64,000 bases of DNA from an uncultured Candidatus Micrarchaeota archaeon (GTDB lineage Archaea; Micrarchaeota; Micrarchaeia; Anstonellales; Bilamarchaeaceae): the NCBI GenBank assembly GCA_963723105.1, contig CAVRPK010000001.1, positions 80,543 to 144,542 of the forward strand, read 5' to 3'. The position numbers and the translations under genes are program-made. The notes below the pieces were generated by a model, which did not search any database, was not told where the DNA came from, and was given only the letters and a program-made list of their open reading frames with translations. Position 1 is the first letter of the stretch; every line of letters begins with the position of its first letter. This document shows positions 9,123 through 17,236 of the stretch, one piece after another.

Positions 9123-9686
9123 ATGAAAACTATTTTAGGAATAATACTCGTAGCTTTATTGCTATTTGGATGTACTTCAGAAACACAAAATGATAGTACA
9201 GTAGATGATGTAAAAGAAACTGGAGACCAAAAAGAAATCGAAACAGATGTTGTTGAAGAGGAGAATAGAGAAGAATTGGTTCCTGGAATTCTGGATGTTC
9301 CTGATCAAGAAGATGCGATCGAACAAAAGGAGGGAACTCCTGCAAAATCACAGGACGATTGCTCATCATTATCTCCTAACTGCGAATCTTGTGTAGCACA
9401 ATCAGGATGCAACTGGTGCAAAACAACCAATGGATGTTATTATGAGGGAATAGTCCCGACAATAAGTTCTTGTGATCCTGGAGACTGGGCAGAAGAAGAG
9501 ATAGAATGCCAAGGGCCAAAAGGCGGATCAACCTGTGATGAACAAACCAATTGTGCTGATTGCCTAAGTGGATCTGGATGCAAATGGTGTATCCAGGGAT
9601 CTGTTTGCAAAGATGCTACTGCAAATGCAGACTGCTTTGGCGGATGGCTAGCTGAATCATTCCAGTGCAATTATGCATCAAGGTGA
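9123..9686 (+). CDS. Lipobox lipoprotein with two PSI-domain-like Cys-rich modules
   Basis: Signal peptide plus lipobox LLFGC and an acidic linker. Two modules follow: C-x6-CESCVAQSGCNWCKTTNGC and C-x4-CADCLSGSGCKWCIQGSVC. Confidence 0.75.
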   Translation: MKTILGIILVALLLFGCTSETQNDSTVDDVKETGDQKEIETDVVEEENREELVPGILDVPDQEDAIEQKEGTPAKSQDDCSSLSPNCESCVAQSGCNWCKTTNGCYYEGIVPTISSCDPGDWAEEEIECQGPKGGSTCDEQTNCADCLSGSGCKWCIQGSVCKDATANADCFGGWLAESFQCNYASR

Positions 9687-9690
9687 AAAA

Positions 9691-10167
9691 ATGAAGGTTA
9701 TATTTTTAGCTATATTACTGCTTCTTGCAGGCTGTACAAGCACAGAACAAAGCGGAAATGAAAATACGGTTGCAGAAGAACAGGATACTACAGCAGAGGA
9801 CCAGAATACGCAGTCATTTGACATCAATTCGTGTCTTTCTGAATGTGATGGTCTCAAAGGAAGCATTCTCAATATCTGCCAGGCAAGCTGCCACCAGGAC
9901 AATGCAATAGCTCTTGAAAACCCAGAAAAATGCAAGATTGTTGGAGATTTGATGAATTCGACAGCAGCACATGCGGTTTGTCTTGAAGAAGTGGCATTAA
10001 AAATTGGTGATGCTAGCCCTTGTGAAAATTTGGAAAACGAATTCGACAGAGATTTGTGTTATATAACAGTTGCAGAAGACCTTGGAGATATTTCAATCTG
10101 CGACAAAGTATCATCAGATGGAAATGATCCTCTAGATAAACAAAGCTGCCTAAACAAACTTAGCTGA
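9691..10167 (+). CDS. Cys-rich lipobox lipoprotein
   Basis: Start MKVIFLAILLLLAGCTS is preceded by a GGTGA Shine-Dalgarno sequence at 9682-9686. There are 12 Cys in the mature part. No family recognised. Confidence 0.7.
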   Translation: MKVIFLAILLLLAGCTSTEQSGNENTVAEEQDTTAEDQNTQSFDINSCLSECDGLKGSILNICQASCHQDNAIALENPEKCKIVGDLMNSTAAHAVCLEEVALKIGDASPCENLENEFDRDLCYITVAEDLGDISICDKVSSDGNDPLDKQSCLNKLS

Positions 10168-10187
10168 TAACTCGAGATGGATAAAGA

Positions 10188-10820
10188 TCATGTGTCAAGG
10201 TAAGCATCTTCAATTTCAGCAACTCCTCGAACCCCATCCCAAGTTTTTTTCCACTTTTTTATTATTATTCTTTTTTTGAAACACGGAGCATTTGTGACAA
10301 ATGTCTCTCCTTCTCCACCTTCAAGAAACGGGTGGATTCCAGAAATTTTAGCATCTACGATTTTTTTGAAAGGCTCGCCAAGAAATTCCGGCCCAAGGCC
10401 TTCTGCGGAAACAGCAGTCACATAAATATCAAAATTAGTCAACATTTCATTGAGCAGTTCTTCTCCTTTGTGCCAAATAGGAGCATAACTTTGAATCCCA
10501 AGTTGTTCTGCAATAGAATCAATGCGCTTTTTTTGATATTCGCTTGCAATAGCACCAGTAACAATTCCAGAAACATTTAGCTCGCTTATTGTTTCTATGA
10601 GTTTTTCTCTCCAGTTTGATTCGGTAGTCTCTACAAAAATCTGTTCAAGTCCCATTGATTCTGCCTGTAATTTTGTAAGCTCTACATTAGGATGATGAAA
10701 CATCATTGAGTATTCAGGAGGCTTTACAGTTACAAGAACTGGCTTGAAGCCTTTCTTTAATGCCCAAAATACTGAGTAGACACTGTCTTTGCCACCTGAA
10801 AAAAGAACCACAACTCGCAT
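10188..10820 (-). CDS. PP-loop ATPase, Dph6 N-terminal/MJ0570-like (diphthine-ammonia ligase family)
   Basis: 210 aa with MRVVVLFSGGKDS (SGGKDS PP-loop) and GAIASEYQKKRID. Confidence 0.75.
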   Translation of the reverse strand: MRVVVLFSGGKDSVYSVFWALKKGFKPVLVTVKPPEYSMMFHHPNVELTKLQAESMGLEQIFVETTESNWREKLIETISELNVSGIVTGAIASEYQKKRIDSIAEQLGIQSYAPIWHKGEELLNEMLTNFDIYVTAVSAEGLGPEFLGEPFKKIVDAKISGIHPFLEGGEGETFVTNAPCFKKRIIIKKWKKTWDGVRGVAEIEDAYLDT

Positions 10821-10853
10821 AATATTATAAGATGAGGCAACAGTATAAAAAAC
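10821..10853. promoter_or_regulatory. 33-bp divergent intergenic region with two interleaved TATA boxes
   Basis: ATATTATAA (about 10822-10830) lies ~26 nt upstream of the plus ATG at 10854. TATAAAAA (10844-10851, read TTTTTATA on the minus strand) lies ~27 nt upstream of the minus ATG at 10820. Confidence 0.5.
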
Positions 10854-11609
10854 ATGATAAAGGCAGTAATATTTGATTTGGATGGCACACTGTTTCTTGG
10901 AAAGACTGCAATTCCAGGAGCAGCAAAAAAACTTGAAGAACTTAGATCAAATGGAATAAAGACGATTTTTCTAACAAATGCCGCAACAAGAAGCAGAGAG
11001 AATTTACTGGAAAAAATAATTTCAATGGGACTTTCTGCACAAAAAGACGAGGTTTATTGCAGTTCATATTTTCTAGCAAAATACATAAGTGAACTTCACA
11101 AAGGAAAAACAGTATATGTAGTCGGAGAACAGGGAATTAATGATGAGCTGGAGGAGCATGGGATCAAAGTTGTGGATGAAAATGCAGACATAGTAACTGT
11201 GGGTCTTGATAGATACTTTACATATGAAAAACTTGCAAAGGCACTAAAACAACTTCAGAATGGCGCAATACTGCTCTCATCAAACAAGGATACGACATAC
11301 CCAACAGAAAATGGATTCATGCCAGGAGCAGGATCAATTGTTGTTGCTGTTGAGGCAGCATCAGGAAAAGAAGCAATTTCATTAGGAAAACCAAACACAT
11401 ATGCTCTTGAGCAAATCAAATTAGATCATGGATTTGAAAGTGATGAAATTATTATGGTAGGAGATAGACTTGATACGGACATTACATTTGCAAAAAAGTG
11501 CGGAATAAAATCAGTTCTCCTGCTAACTGGCGTAAGTAAAAAAGAGGATATAAAAGAAATAAAACCAGATTATATTTTTGATTCAATTACCGAGTTTAAT
11601 CTTCCATGA
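10854..11609 (+). CDS. HAD-superfamily hydrolase, subfamily IIA (NagD-like sugar phosphatase)
   Basis: Motif I VIFDLDGTL, LTNAATRS and motif IV MVGDRLDTD. Confidence 0.8.
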   Translation: MIKAVIFDLDGTLFLGKTAIPGAAKKLEELRSNGIKTIFLTNAATRSRENLLEKIISMGLSAQKDEVYCSSYFLAKYISELHKGKTVYVVGEQGINDELEEHGIKVVDENADIVTVGLDRYFTYEKLAKALKQLQNGAILLSSNKDTTYPTENGFMPGAGSIVVAVEAASGKEAISLGKPNTYALEQIKLDHGFESDEIIMVGDRLDTDITFAKKCGIKSVLLLTGVSKKEDIKEIKPDYIFDSITEFNLP

Positions 11610-11883
11610 TATCCTTTAGCGTATCGCTTGGAGTATCTGAAGAAAACAGAGTATCGTCAAGATTTGGAGTAGAAGACGAAGAATCATCAGATGGAAGCTC
11701 GCTTTGGGGATGTTCTGGTAAAACATCTTTTTCAATTACACTATAATTTACCTGCATTGCATTTCCGCATTGGGTGCATTTGCCCATAACAGAAAGCTCG
11801 CGAAGCTCAAGTTCACTATTGATGTAGATAGTTACTTCATTGCTGCAATTGGAGCATTTTATATTTCTTCTTAGGTCGGTCAT
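11596..11883 (-). CDS. Small zinc-ribbon protein with acidic/Ser-rich tail
   Basis: 95 aa with CSNC...CTQC. No family recognised. Confidence 0.5.
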   Translation of the reverse strand: MTDLRRNIKCSNCSNEVTIYINSELELRELSVMGKCTQCGNAMQVNYSVIEKDVLPEHPQSELPSDDSSSSTPNLDDTLFSSDTPSDTLKDIMED

Positions 11884-11911
11884 ACTGGATTCACCAGAAC
11901 TATTTCAAGCA

Positions 11912-12460
11912 TTACATTATTATCCTTTTCTCTGTTATGATCTCGTCCATACGCTCATCATTCTCGTGTTTTGGAAGTTCTTCCATTACTTGAAATTCAA
12001 AACAGATGCCGATTCGATAGGTGGAAGAATTTTTAAGATACTGATCAAAACAGCCTTTTCCATAACCGATTCTGTGCATACAGTGACCAAAGCATACGCC
12101 TGGAATGAGGATAAGATCAGGTTGTCTTGATGGAAGGATTTTTGTCTTTGGCTCTGAGATTTCATACTTACCTAAAGCAAGATCTTCAAATGAAGAAAAC
12201 TTATAGAATTCTATATGATCATTTGTCACTGGAACCAAAACCTCTTTCCCCATTTTCAAGGATTTTAAGATGATTTTTTTGGTTGATACCTCGCTTCCTT
12301 TGGGAAGGTAAACGGCGATGGTGGAAGCTTCCTTGAATTTCGGATGATGGAGAAGTTTTTCTACAATGGCATTGCTCTTTGTATTGATTTCGTCTTCAGT
12401 GAGATTGTTCCTAAGTTCCAGCATTTTTTTCCGAAGTGCTGCCTTGGCCCTACTTACCAT
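11912..12460 (-). CDS. 5-formyltetrahydrofolate cyclo-ligase (MTHFS)
   Basis: LRKKMLELRNNL, VYLPKGSEVST and LILIPGVCFGHCMHRIGYGKGCFD. I chose the ATG at 12460 because TTTTTAAT lies ~27 nt upstream. The track ORF extends to 12646. Confidence 0.75.
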   Translation of the reverse strand: MVSRAKAALRKKMLELRNNLTEDEINTKSNAIVEKLLHHPKFKEASTIAVYLPKGSEVSTKKIILKSLKMGKEVLVPVTNDHIEFYKFSSFEDLALGKYEISEPKTKILPSRQPDLILIPGVCFGHCMHRIGYGKGCFDQYLKNSSTYRIGICFEFQVMEELPKHENDERMDEIITEKRIIM

Positions 12461-12538
12461 ATAGTAAAATGCGCTCTCTATCATTAAAAACTTTGAGAAA
12501 GGAAGAAAAACACTTGAACATATTTGAGAGCTGATAGA

Positions 12539-13114
12539 ATGAAGAGAATAACAGATTATATTTTTGAAGTTGGAATGCTTAAGAGAGTTGCAAGAAGCGG
12601 ATGGTGGGCAGAAAAAATCAAACATCCAGAAAGCGTTGCAGATCATTCACACAGAACAGCAGTAATCGCATTCATATTAGCAAGACTTGAGGGTATGGGC
12701 GAAAATCAAGCTCAAAAACTATGCACAGCAGCAGTATTTCATGATATGCATGAAACACGATTACTCGACCTTAACAAGATAACTGCCAGATACATTGATA
12801 TTAGAAAAATTGAGGATAAAGTTGAAGCGGATCAGGTTGCAGGAATCCCAAAGGAAGTTAGTAAGTCTATCATCTCTGCACTTGATAGTCTTACGGATGA
12901 AGAGAAAACAATTCTCAAAGATGCAGATAGTCTTGAGTGTGCTTTTCAGGCCAAAGAATATCTGGATATTGGACATGCGGGAACTGCAAGTTGGATCAAA
13001 AATATCGGTCTTAGGCTGAAAACAAAAAGCGCAAAGAAGATATTCTCAAAGATGAAAACCAAGGATTCCAATTCATGGTGGAAAGGATTGAAGAAGCTTG
13101 ATAATGTAAACTAA
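12539..13114 (+). CDS. HD-domain phosphohydrolase (YfbR-like 5'-nucleotidase family)
   Basis: VADHSHRTAVIA and FHDMHETRLLD (the H...HD...D pattern). The track start at 12524 is TTG, and the first ATG is at 12539. Confidence 0.8.
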   Translation: MKRITDYIFEVGMLKRVARSGWWAEKIKHPESVADHSHRTAVIAFILARLEGMGENQAQKLCTAAVFHDMHETRLLDLNKITARYIDIRKIEDKVEADQVAGIPKEVSKSIISALDSLTDEEKTILKDADSLECAFQAKEYLDIGHAGTASWIKNIGLRLKTKSAKKIFSKMKTKDSNSWWKGLKKLDNVN

Positions 13115-13126
13115 AAGTTGACAATC

Positions 13127-13146
13127 GTAAACTTTAAATAGTTTAC
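13127..13146. promoter_or_regulatory. Inverted repeat GTAAAC-TTTAAATA-GTTTAC enclosing a TATA box (candidate autoregulatory operator)
   Basis: Perfect 6-bp arms flank TTTAAATA. The element lies 17-36 nt upstream of the ATG (13163) of the wHTH-nucleotidyltransferase gene. Confidence 0.5.
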
Positions 13147-13162
13147 AATACACAAGTATTTT

Positions 13163-13810
13163 ATGCGCATTTCGGATGAACCAATAGCAAAAGCAGTGTT
13201 CGGCTCCACGCTAAAAAGAAAGATCCTCAGATTCCTATTCAAAGACCAGGAACCAGTCAGCGAAAGAGAATTGTCAAGGATTTTCGGTGTGAGCCACACG
13301 GCAGTCAACAAGGCAATGAAACAGCTTCTTGATCTAAATATCATAAAGGGCAAAACAATAGGAACGGCTTTGGTGTGGGAGATAAACAAGGATTCGTTTG
13401 CTTATCCTCATGTAAAGGCCTTCCTAACTGCTTCTGAGACAAGTCCACTTGAATCACTAAAGGAGACAATAGAATACGAAGTTTCATTATACAACCTTAT
13501 GACTAGTCTTGGTAGAGACAAAAACAAAAAAACTGAGAAGGTCTGGTATCCCTTCATATTGAGGGTTTATATCATAGGATCAGTTGCGGAAGGAACATCC
13601 AAACCAGATAGTGACATTGATGTGTTGTTTGTTATCGAGAATGACTATGACACAGAATATGTCAAAGAATTAATCCATGAAAGAGGGGTGACAATCCTTG
13701 AGAAGTACGGAAATATACTGTCTGCACATTTATATTATGAGAAAGACGTAGAAAGAAACAACCCCAAATGGCTTGGGCAGGCTATAGCCAATGGAATAAA
13801 GGTTGTTTGA
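13163..13810 (+). CDS. wHTH-fused minimal nucleotidyltransferase (MNT antitoxin-like)
   Basis: N-terminal winged-HTH (ERELSRIFGVSHTAVNKAMKQL) and an NTase motif IIGSVAEGTSKPDSDIDVLFV. Confidence 0.8.
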   Translation: MRISDEPIAKAVFGSTLKRKILRFLFKDQEPVSERELSRIFGVSHTAVNKAMKQLLDLNIIKGKTIGTALVWEINKDSFAYPHVKAFLTASETSPLESLKETIEYEVSLYNLMTSLGRDKNKKTEKVWYPFILRVYIIGSVAEGTSKPDSDIDVLFVIENDYDTEYVKELIHERGVTILEKYGNILSAHLYYEKDVERNNPKWLGQAIANGIKVV

Positions 13811-14223
13811 TGACACGTGTAAAGCATGTATCCAGAGAAAAATCCGAAGGATTCCGAAAGAAAGCAGAAGAAGATTATGAGGGAATGATAAGTGAATTTG
13901 ATCATGGACGCCATAATACTGCAGTGATATTGGCAGTCCATTGTGCAATATCATGGGCAGATGCTTTCACAGTCCACAAACTAGGAAAAAAATCATCCTC
14001 CCAAAATCATGGAGAAGCAATCCTATTACTAAAAGAAGCAAAAGCATCTGACGAAAAAAATAAAGCACTGATTTACAGGGATTTTTTACAATTGATACAA
14101 TTAAAGACGCCTGCTGAATATGAGGATGATATTCTAAGTAAAAAAGATGCAAAAAAAGCAGTACAGTTGTGTGGGAGAATTAGGAAGTTTTTTATTGATG
14201 AATTCGAAAAAATCGAAAGCTAG
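13810..14223 (+). CDS. HEPN-domain protein (toxin-like partner of the MNT)
   Basis: 137 aa from an ATG that shares its A with the upstream TGA (TGATG junction). The protein is all-helical and its size and position are typical of HEPN partners. A possible R/H motif region lies near SSQNHGEA. Confidence 0.65.
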   Translation: MTRVKHVSREKSEGFRKKAEEDYEGMISEFDHGRHNTAVILAVHCAISWADAFTVHKLGKKSSSQNHGEAILLLKEAKASDEKNKALIYRDFLQLIQLKTPAEYEDDILSKKDAKKAVQLCGRIRKFFIDEFEKIES

Positions 14224-14322
14224 AATGAGGACAAACGCAGTCATGTCTAATTATATTGTGGGAAAAGAGAGAAAAAGATAGAAATGCTAATGGTTATAAA
14301 CGTCAGATGTGTAAAATAATGC

Positions 14323-14958
14323 ATGGGAAGAGAGCTTGTTCAAGGTAATAATGCACTACGCAAACCGTCTAGAGCAATCTCCAGACCAACACTCTGGCAA
14401 AAAGGCCTTCTTGAGAGAATTTTAAAGAAATCAAAAGGTCCCATGGAAAGGTTTGAGACCGAATTTTCAAGGCAGAAAACAGGAGATAAACTACTTGCTA
14501 TGAAAAATGCCATCCACATAACACTGCACGAAGAAGGATACAGTAAAGAATTGCGAGCAGGAGTTATTGCAAGGGGGACAAGTGATACAACAGACCTAAT
14601 GTTTACAGCTGCACTTGAGATATTTGAGGATGAGTGCGGAAAACTTTGTGATGATGCTGGAAGAATGGCTGAAGATTTGCTGCTTCGAGTATCTGAGGAA
14701 AGCATTTGTGAAAAACTATCCTACATAAAGCCAACAGATATGCTCTCGAGAGGAACAGAAAGTAAGAGGAGAAGAACAGCAACTGTTCTGGCCAAAATGT
14801 GTCGCCATGTTGCATTCACATCAGACATATTGGTTGAAAAAATAACGGATAATGTTTCAGTATTGAGAGAACATGGAACTGAAATGGAACAAAAAGCAGC
14901 AGTCGTATTCTTAGATAAAGTAAGGCCACAGATCATAGATGTTCCTGCAGTGGCTTGA
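14323..14958 (+). CDS. Hypothetical helical protein (compositionally atypical island 1)
   Basis: 211 aa, R/E/A/T-rich unlike neighbouring K/I/N-rich proteins. A TATA-like TTATAAA lies ~26 nt upstream of the ATG. No motif recognised. Confidence 0.55.
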   Translation: MGRELVQGNNALRKPSRAISRPTLWQKGLLERILKKSKGPMERFETEFSRQKTGDKLLAMKNAIHITLHEEGYSKELRAGVIARGTSDTTDLMFTAALEIFEDECGKLCDDAGRMAEDLLLRVSEESICEKLSYIKPTDMLSRGTESKRRRTATVLAKMCRHVAFTSDILVEKITDNVSVLREHGTEMEQKAAVVFLDKVRPQIIDVPAVA

Positions 14959-14984
14959 CGTGGACAGATATAGTTTAAAAACAA

Positions 14985-16529
14985 ATGGATCAGAATGCTG
15001 TGATGAACGAAAACTTCAGCGCCAGCCTTAGCAAGATCATGGGGCTTGAGATAACACTTGAAGAGACATATGCAGAAAATGCAAAACTACCGTTACTTTA
15101 TTATGAAAATCTTTTCAAATTAACAGAATTTCTAAAAGTAAAAGATCCGGAAAAACGAATTTTTAAGGGGGTTTCAAGTGAGGAATTCAGAAATCAGCTG
15201 CGAGAACTTGTTGGGCTTGCCCATAGCAGAGACATTGGATGTGAAGAAGTAGATTTTTTTAGAAGGATTATTGCTGCTGAAAAATCATTTCCAAGAATAT
15301 TAATCTGGCACAAGATGTTAGAGGAAATAATAGTTAGATCACAAGATGAAACAGTCTGGAGAGATGCAATGAACATCCTTGCAGTTCCACTGTATAATGG
15401 AGTACATAGGCAAATTGCTGGAACATCGCGAGAAGAGCTTTGTATTGGATGCATTAAACGGGTTTATGATGCAGGCGAAGGCCAAAAACGGAATTTGGCG
15501 TCGCAAATTCTTGGCGGAGTGCAAAAAATTACTCTGGTCTCAGATGTTCTTGCAGGTGCACTATTTACAGATAATGCAAAGGTTGCACATGAAATTTCAA
15601 CTGCAATATGCGCAGTGGATGATGATATTAGCCTTGCTGCAATGGTTGTTTTTTCTAATTTTACTGGAGGCAGATCAGTTCGGATCATGGATCGATTATT
15701 GCAACACGGAGAAGGTATAGACCAGGAAGAAGGAAGAAAACAAATGATGCAGATTGTAGTTTCAGGAGAGGAAAATGGATATAAGAATGGAGTGTATCTG
15801 AAAGTCATACAGGGGATAAGAAAGATCCTAGATGTAAGGCGAATTACACTGCCCCATCCATGGTACGCAGAGCAGCCAAATACAGGAGGGCTTCCAATCC
15901 CAACTTTTGCCAGAGATGGAATTCAATTGGCAGCATTTGATACGCTTGCAAAAATGGGAAATGGAGAAGCATTAGTTACAATGGTTGATGGAATTGCTCA
16001 TTTGATCGCACCGCATATTCAAGGCATTGAAGGAAACAGAATTAGAGGGGTTCCGCAAGTTGGCAGAGCAGTAAGGCCAGTTGCCAGATCATTTGTTTCA
16101 CTACTTCAAAACAATGGAGTCTTCAAATCACAAGCAACAGACATTTCAGGAATATTATTTGGACACCCATCAATTAAAAAAATACAGGACGTAGAGTCTG
16201 GAACATTACTAAGTTTATCGCCAGTTCTCGGAAGGCTTGCTAGAGCTGCTGCCGAAGTTGGAGCGGAAGATGAATTGATTCCATTAATTGCAGGTGAAGG
16301 ATTTATTCGCGCAGTACTGCTGGAAACAGGAGGAAAAGATAGGGATGAAAGAACACAATTAGTAGGAAGAAACATCAGAAGTTCTCTTCAAAGCCAAAAA
16401 CAAATTTTTGGAGATATACGCAGCTTGCCAGATATGGAATCAACCAAAGAATTTCTCAGAACTCTTGCAAGAAACCAGGCAATAGCAACTAGAATGAGAG
16501 CAGGGCAGGCCCCAAAGAGATTGAGGTAA
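14985..16529 (+). CDS. Hypothetical large helical-repeat-like protein (island 1)
   Basis: 514 aa, predicted mostly helical by eye, with no signal peptide or catalytic motif recognised. It lies 26 nt after the previous gene. Confidence 0.6.
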   Translation: MDQNAVMNENFSASLSKIMGLEITLEETYAENAKLPLLYYENLFKLTEFLKVKDPEKRIFKGVSSEEFRNQLRELVGLAHSRDIGCEEVDFFRRIIAAEKSFPRILIWHKMLEEIIVRSQDETVWRDAMNILAVPLYNGVHRQIAGTSREELCIGCIKRVYDAGEGQKRNLASQILGGVQKITLVSDVLAGALFTDNAKVAHEISTAICAVDDDISLAAMVVFSNFTGGRSVRIMDRLLQHGEGIDQEEGRKQMMQIVVSGEENGYKNGVYLKVIQGIRKILDVRRITLPHPWYAEQPNTGGLPIPTFARDGIQLAAFDTLAKMGNGEALVTMVDGIAHLIAPHIQGIEGNRIRGVPQVGRAVRPVARSFVSLLQNNGVFKSQATDISGILFGHPSIKKIQDVESGTLLSLSPVLGRLARAAAEVGAEDELIPLIAGEGFIRAVLLETGGKDRDERTQLVGRNIRSSLQSQKQIFGDIRSLPDMESTKEFLRTLARNQAIATRMRAGQAPKRLR

Positions 16530-17147
16530 TTAGATTTTTTTAATTATATTCCCCCGCCCTCTTTTGAATTTCTTAATCTTTTTTATTGCCTCAAGCTCAG
16601 TTAGAATTAAGCTTAATTTTGTATCAGAAAAACCAAGAGTATCTCCCAGTTCCTTTTGAGTTACTCTTCCTTCAAAAGAATCAATAACTTCCAATACTTT
16701 CTGAGCATCCATATCAAGCGGCTCCTGTGTTTTTGGTGGTTCATCAGATTTTTGTCTCTTATGCAAAAATTGATTTGGCCAAACAAAAACCAGTAAAAGT
16801 AAAAGTAAGACCAAAAGAACAGGTAGAAAGATATTGTAGTTTTCAGCAGGCTTTAGAACAAGATCAATCTGCTGGTCATCAAATCCAATTGATACAGTTT
16901 CTTGCGTATAAAGTACTAAAGTTCCGGATTCGTCAAAGCTGCTTGCTGAAATCTTGTATTGACCCTCAGGGAGAAAAATTGAATAATTTGAACTATTAGT
17001 TACTAGTTGGTATGAGAACTGACCTTCGATTTTGATTAGAGTTTTATTGAGATCTTCAAGATTATTTTGATATATTTGGCCAAAGACGAATGCACAAAAT
17101 GAACTTGAAGCAAGCATTAGAAATGCCACGATGCACAATAAACGCAT
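16530..17147 (-). CDS. Membrane-tethered winged-HTH regulator with extracytoplasmic beta-sandwich-like domain
   Basis: Signal/anchor MRLLCIVAFLMLASSS, a prealbumin/CarboxypepD_reg-like stretch (IFLPEGQYKISAS), a TM segment (FLPVLLVLLLLLLVFVW) and a C-terminal wHTH (VTQKELGDTLGFSDTKLSLILTELE). Confidence 0.65.
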   Translation of the reverse strand: MRLLCIVAFLMLASSSFCAFVFGQIYQNNLEDLNKTLIKIEGQFSYQLVTNSSNYSIFLPEGQYKISASSFDESGTLVLYTQETVSIGFDDQQIDLVLKPAENYNIFLPVLLVLLLLLLVFVWPNQFLHKRQKSDEPPKTQEPLDMDAQKVLEVIDSFEGRVTQKELGDTLGFSDTKLSLILTELEAIKKIKKFKRGRGNIIKKI

Positions 17148-17236
17148 ATGACGATCTGGAATTTTCTTATTTATAAAGATATTTTATTCGAAACTTTTGA
17201 TATAAATAAGAAATTTAGAATCATTTTGTGATTCAA

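Noticed and set aside
11912-12646. Full 244-aa version of the MTHFS ORF, including a 62-codon Cys/Ser/Phe-rich N-terminal extension.
   Set aside because: The extension overlaps the divergent HD-hydrolase gene start and has no MTHFS similarity. A TATA-like box ~27 nt upstream supports the ATG at 12460.
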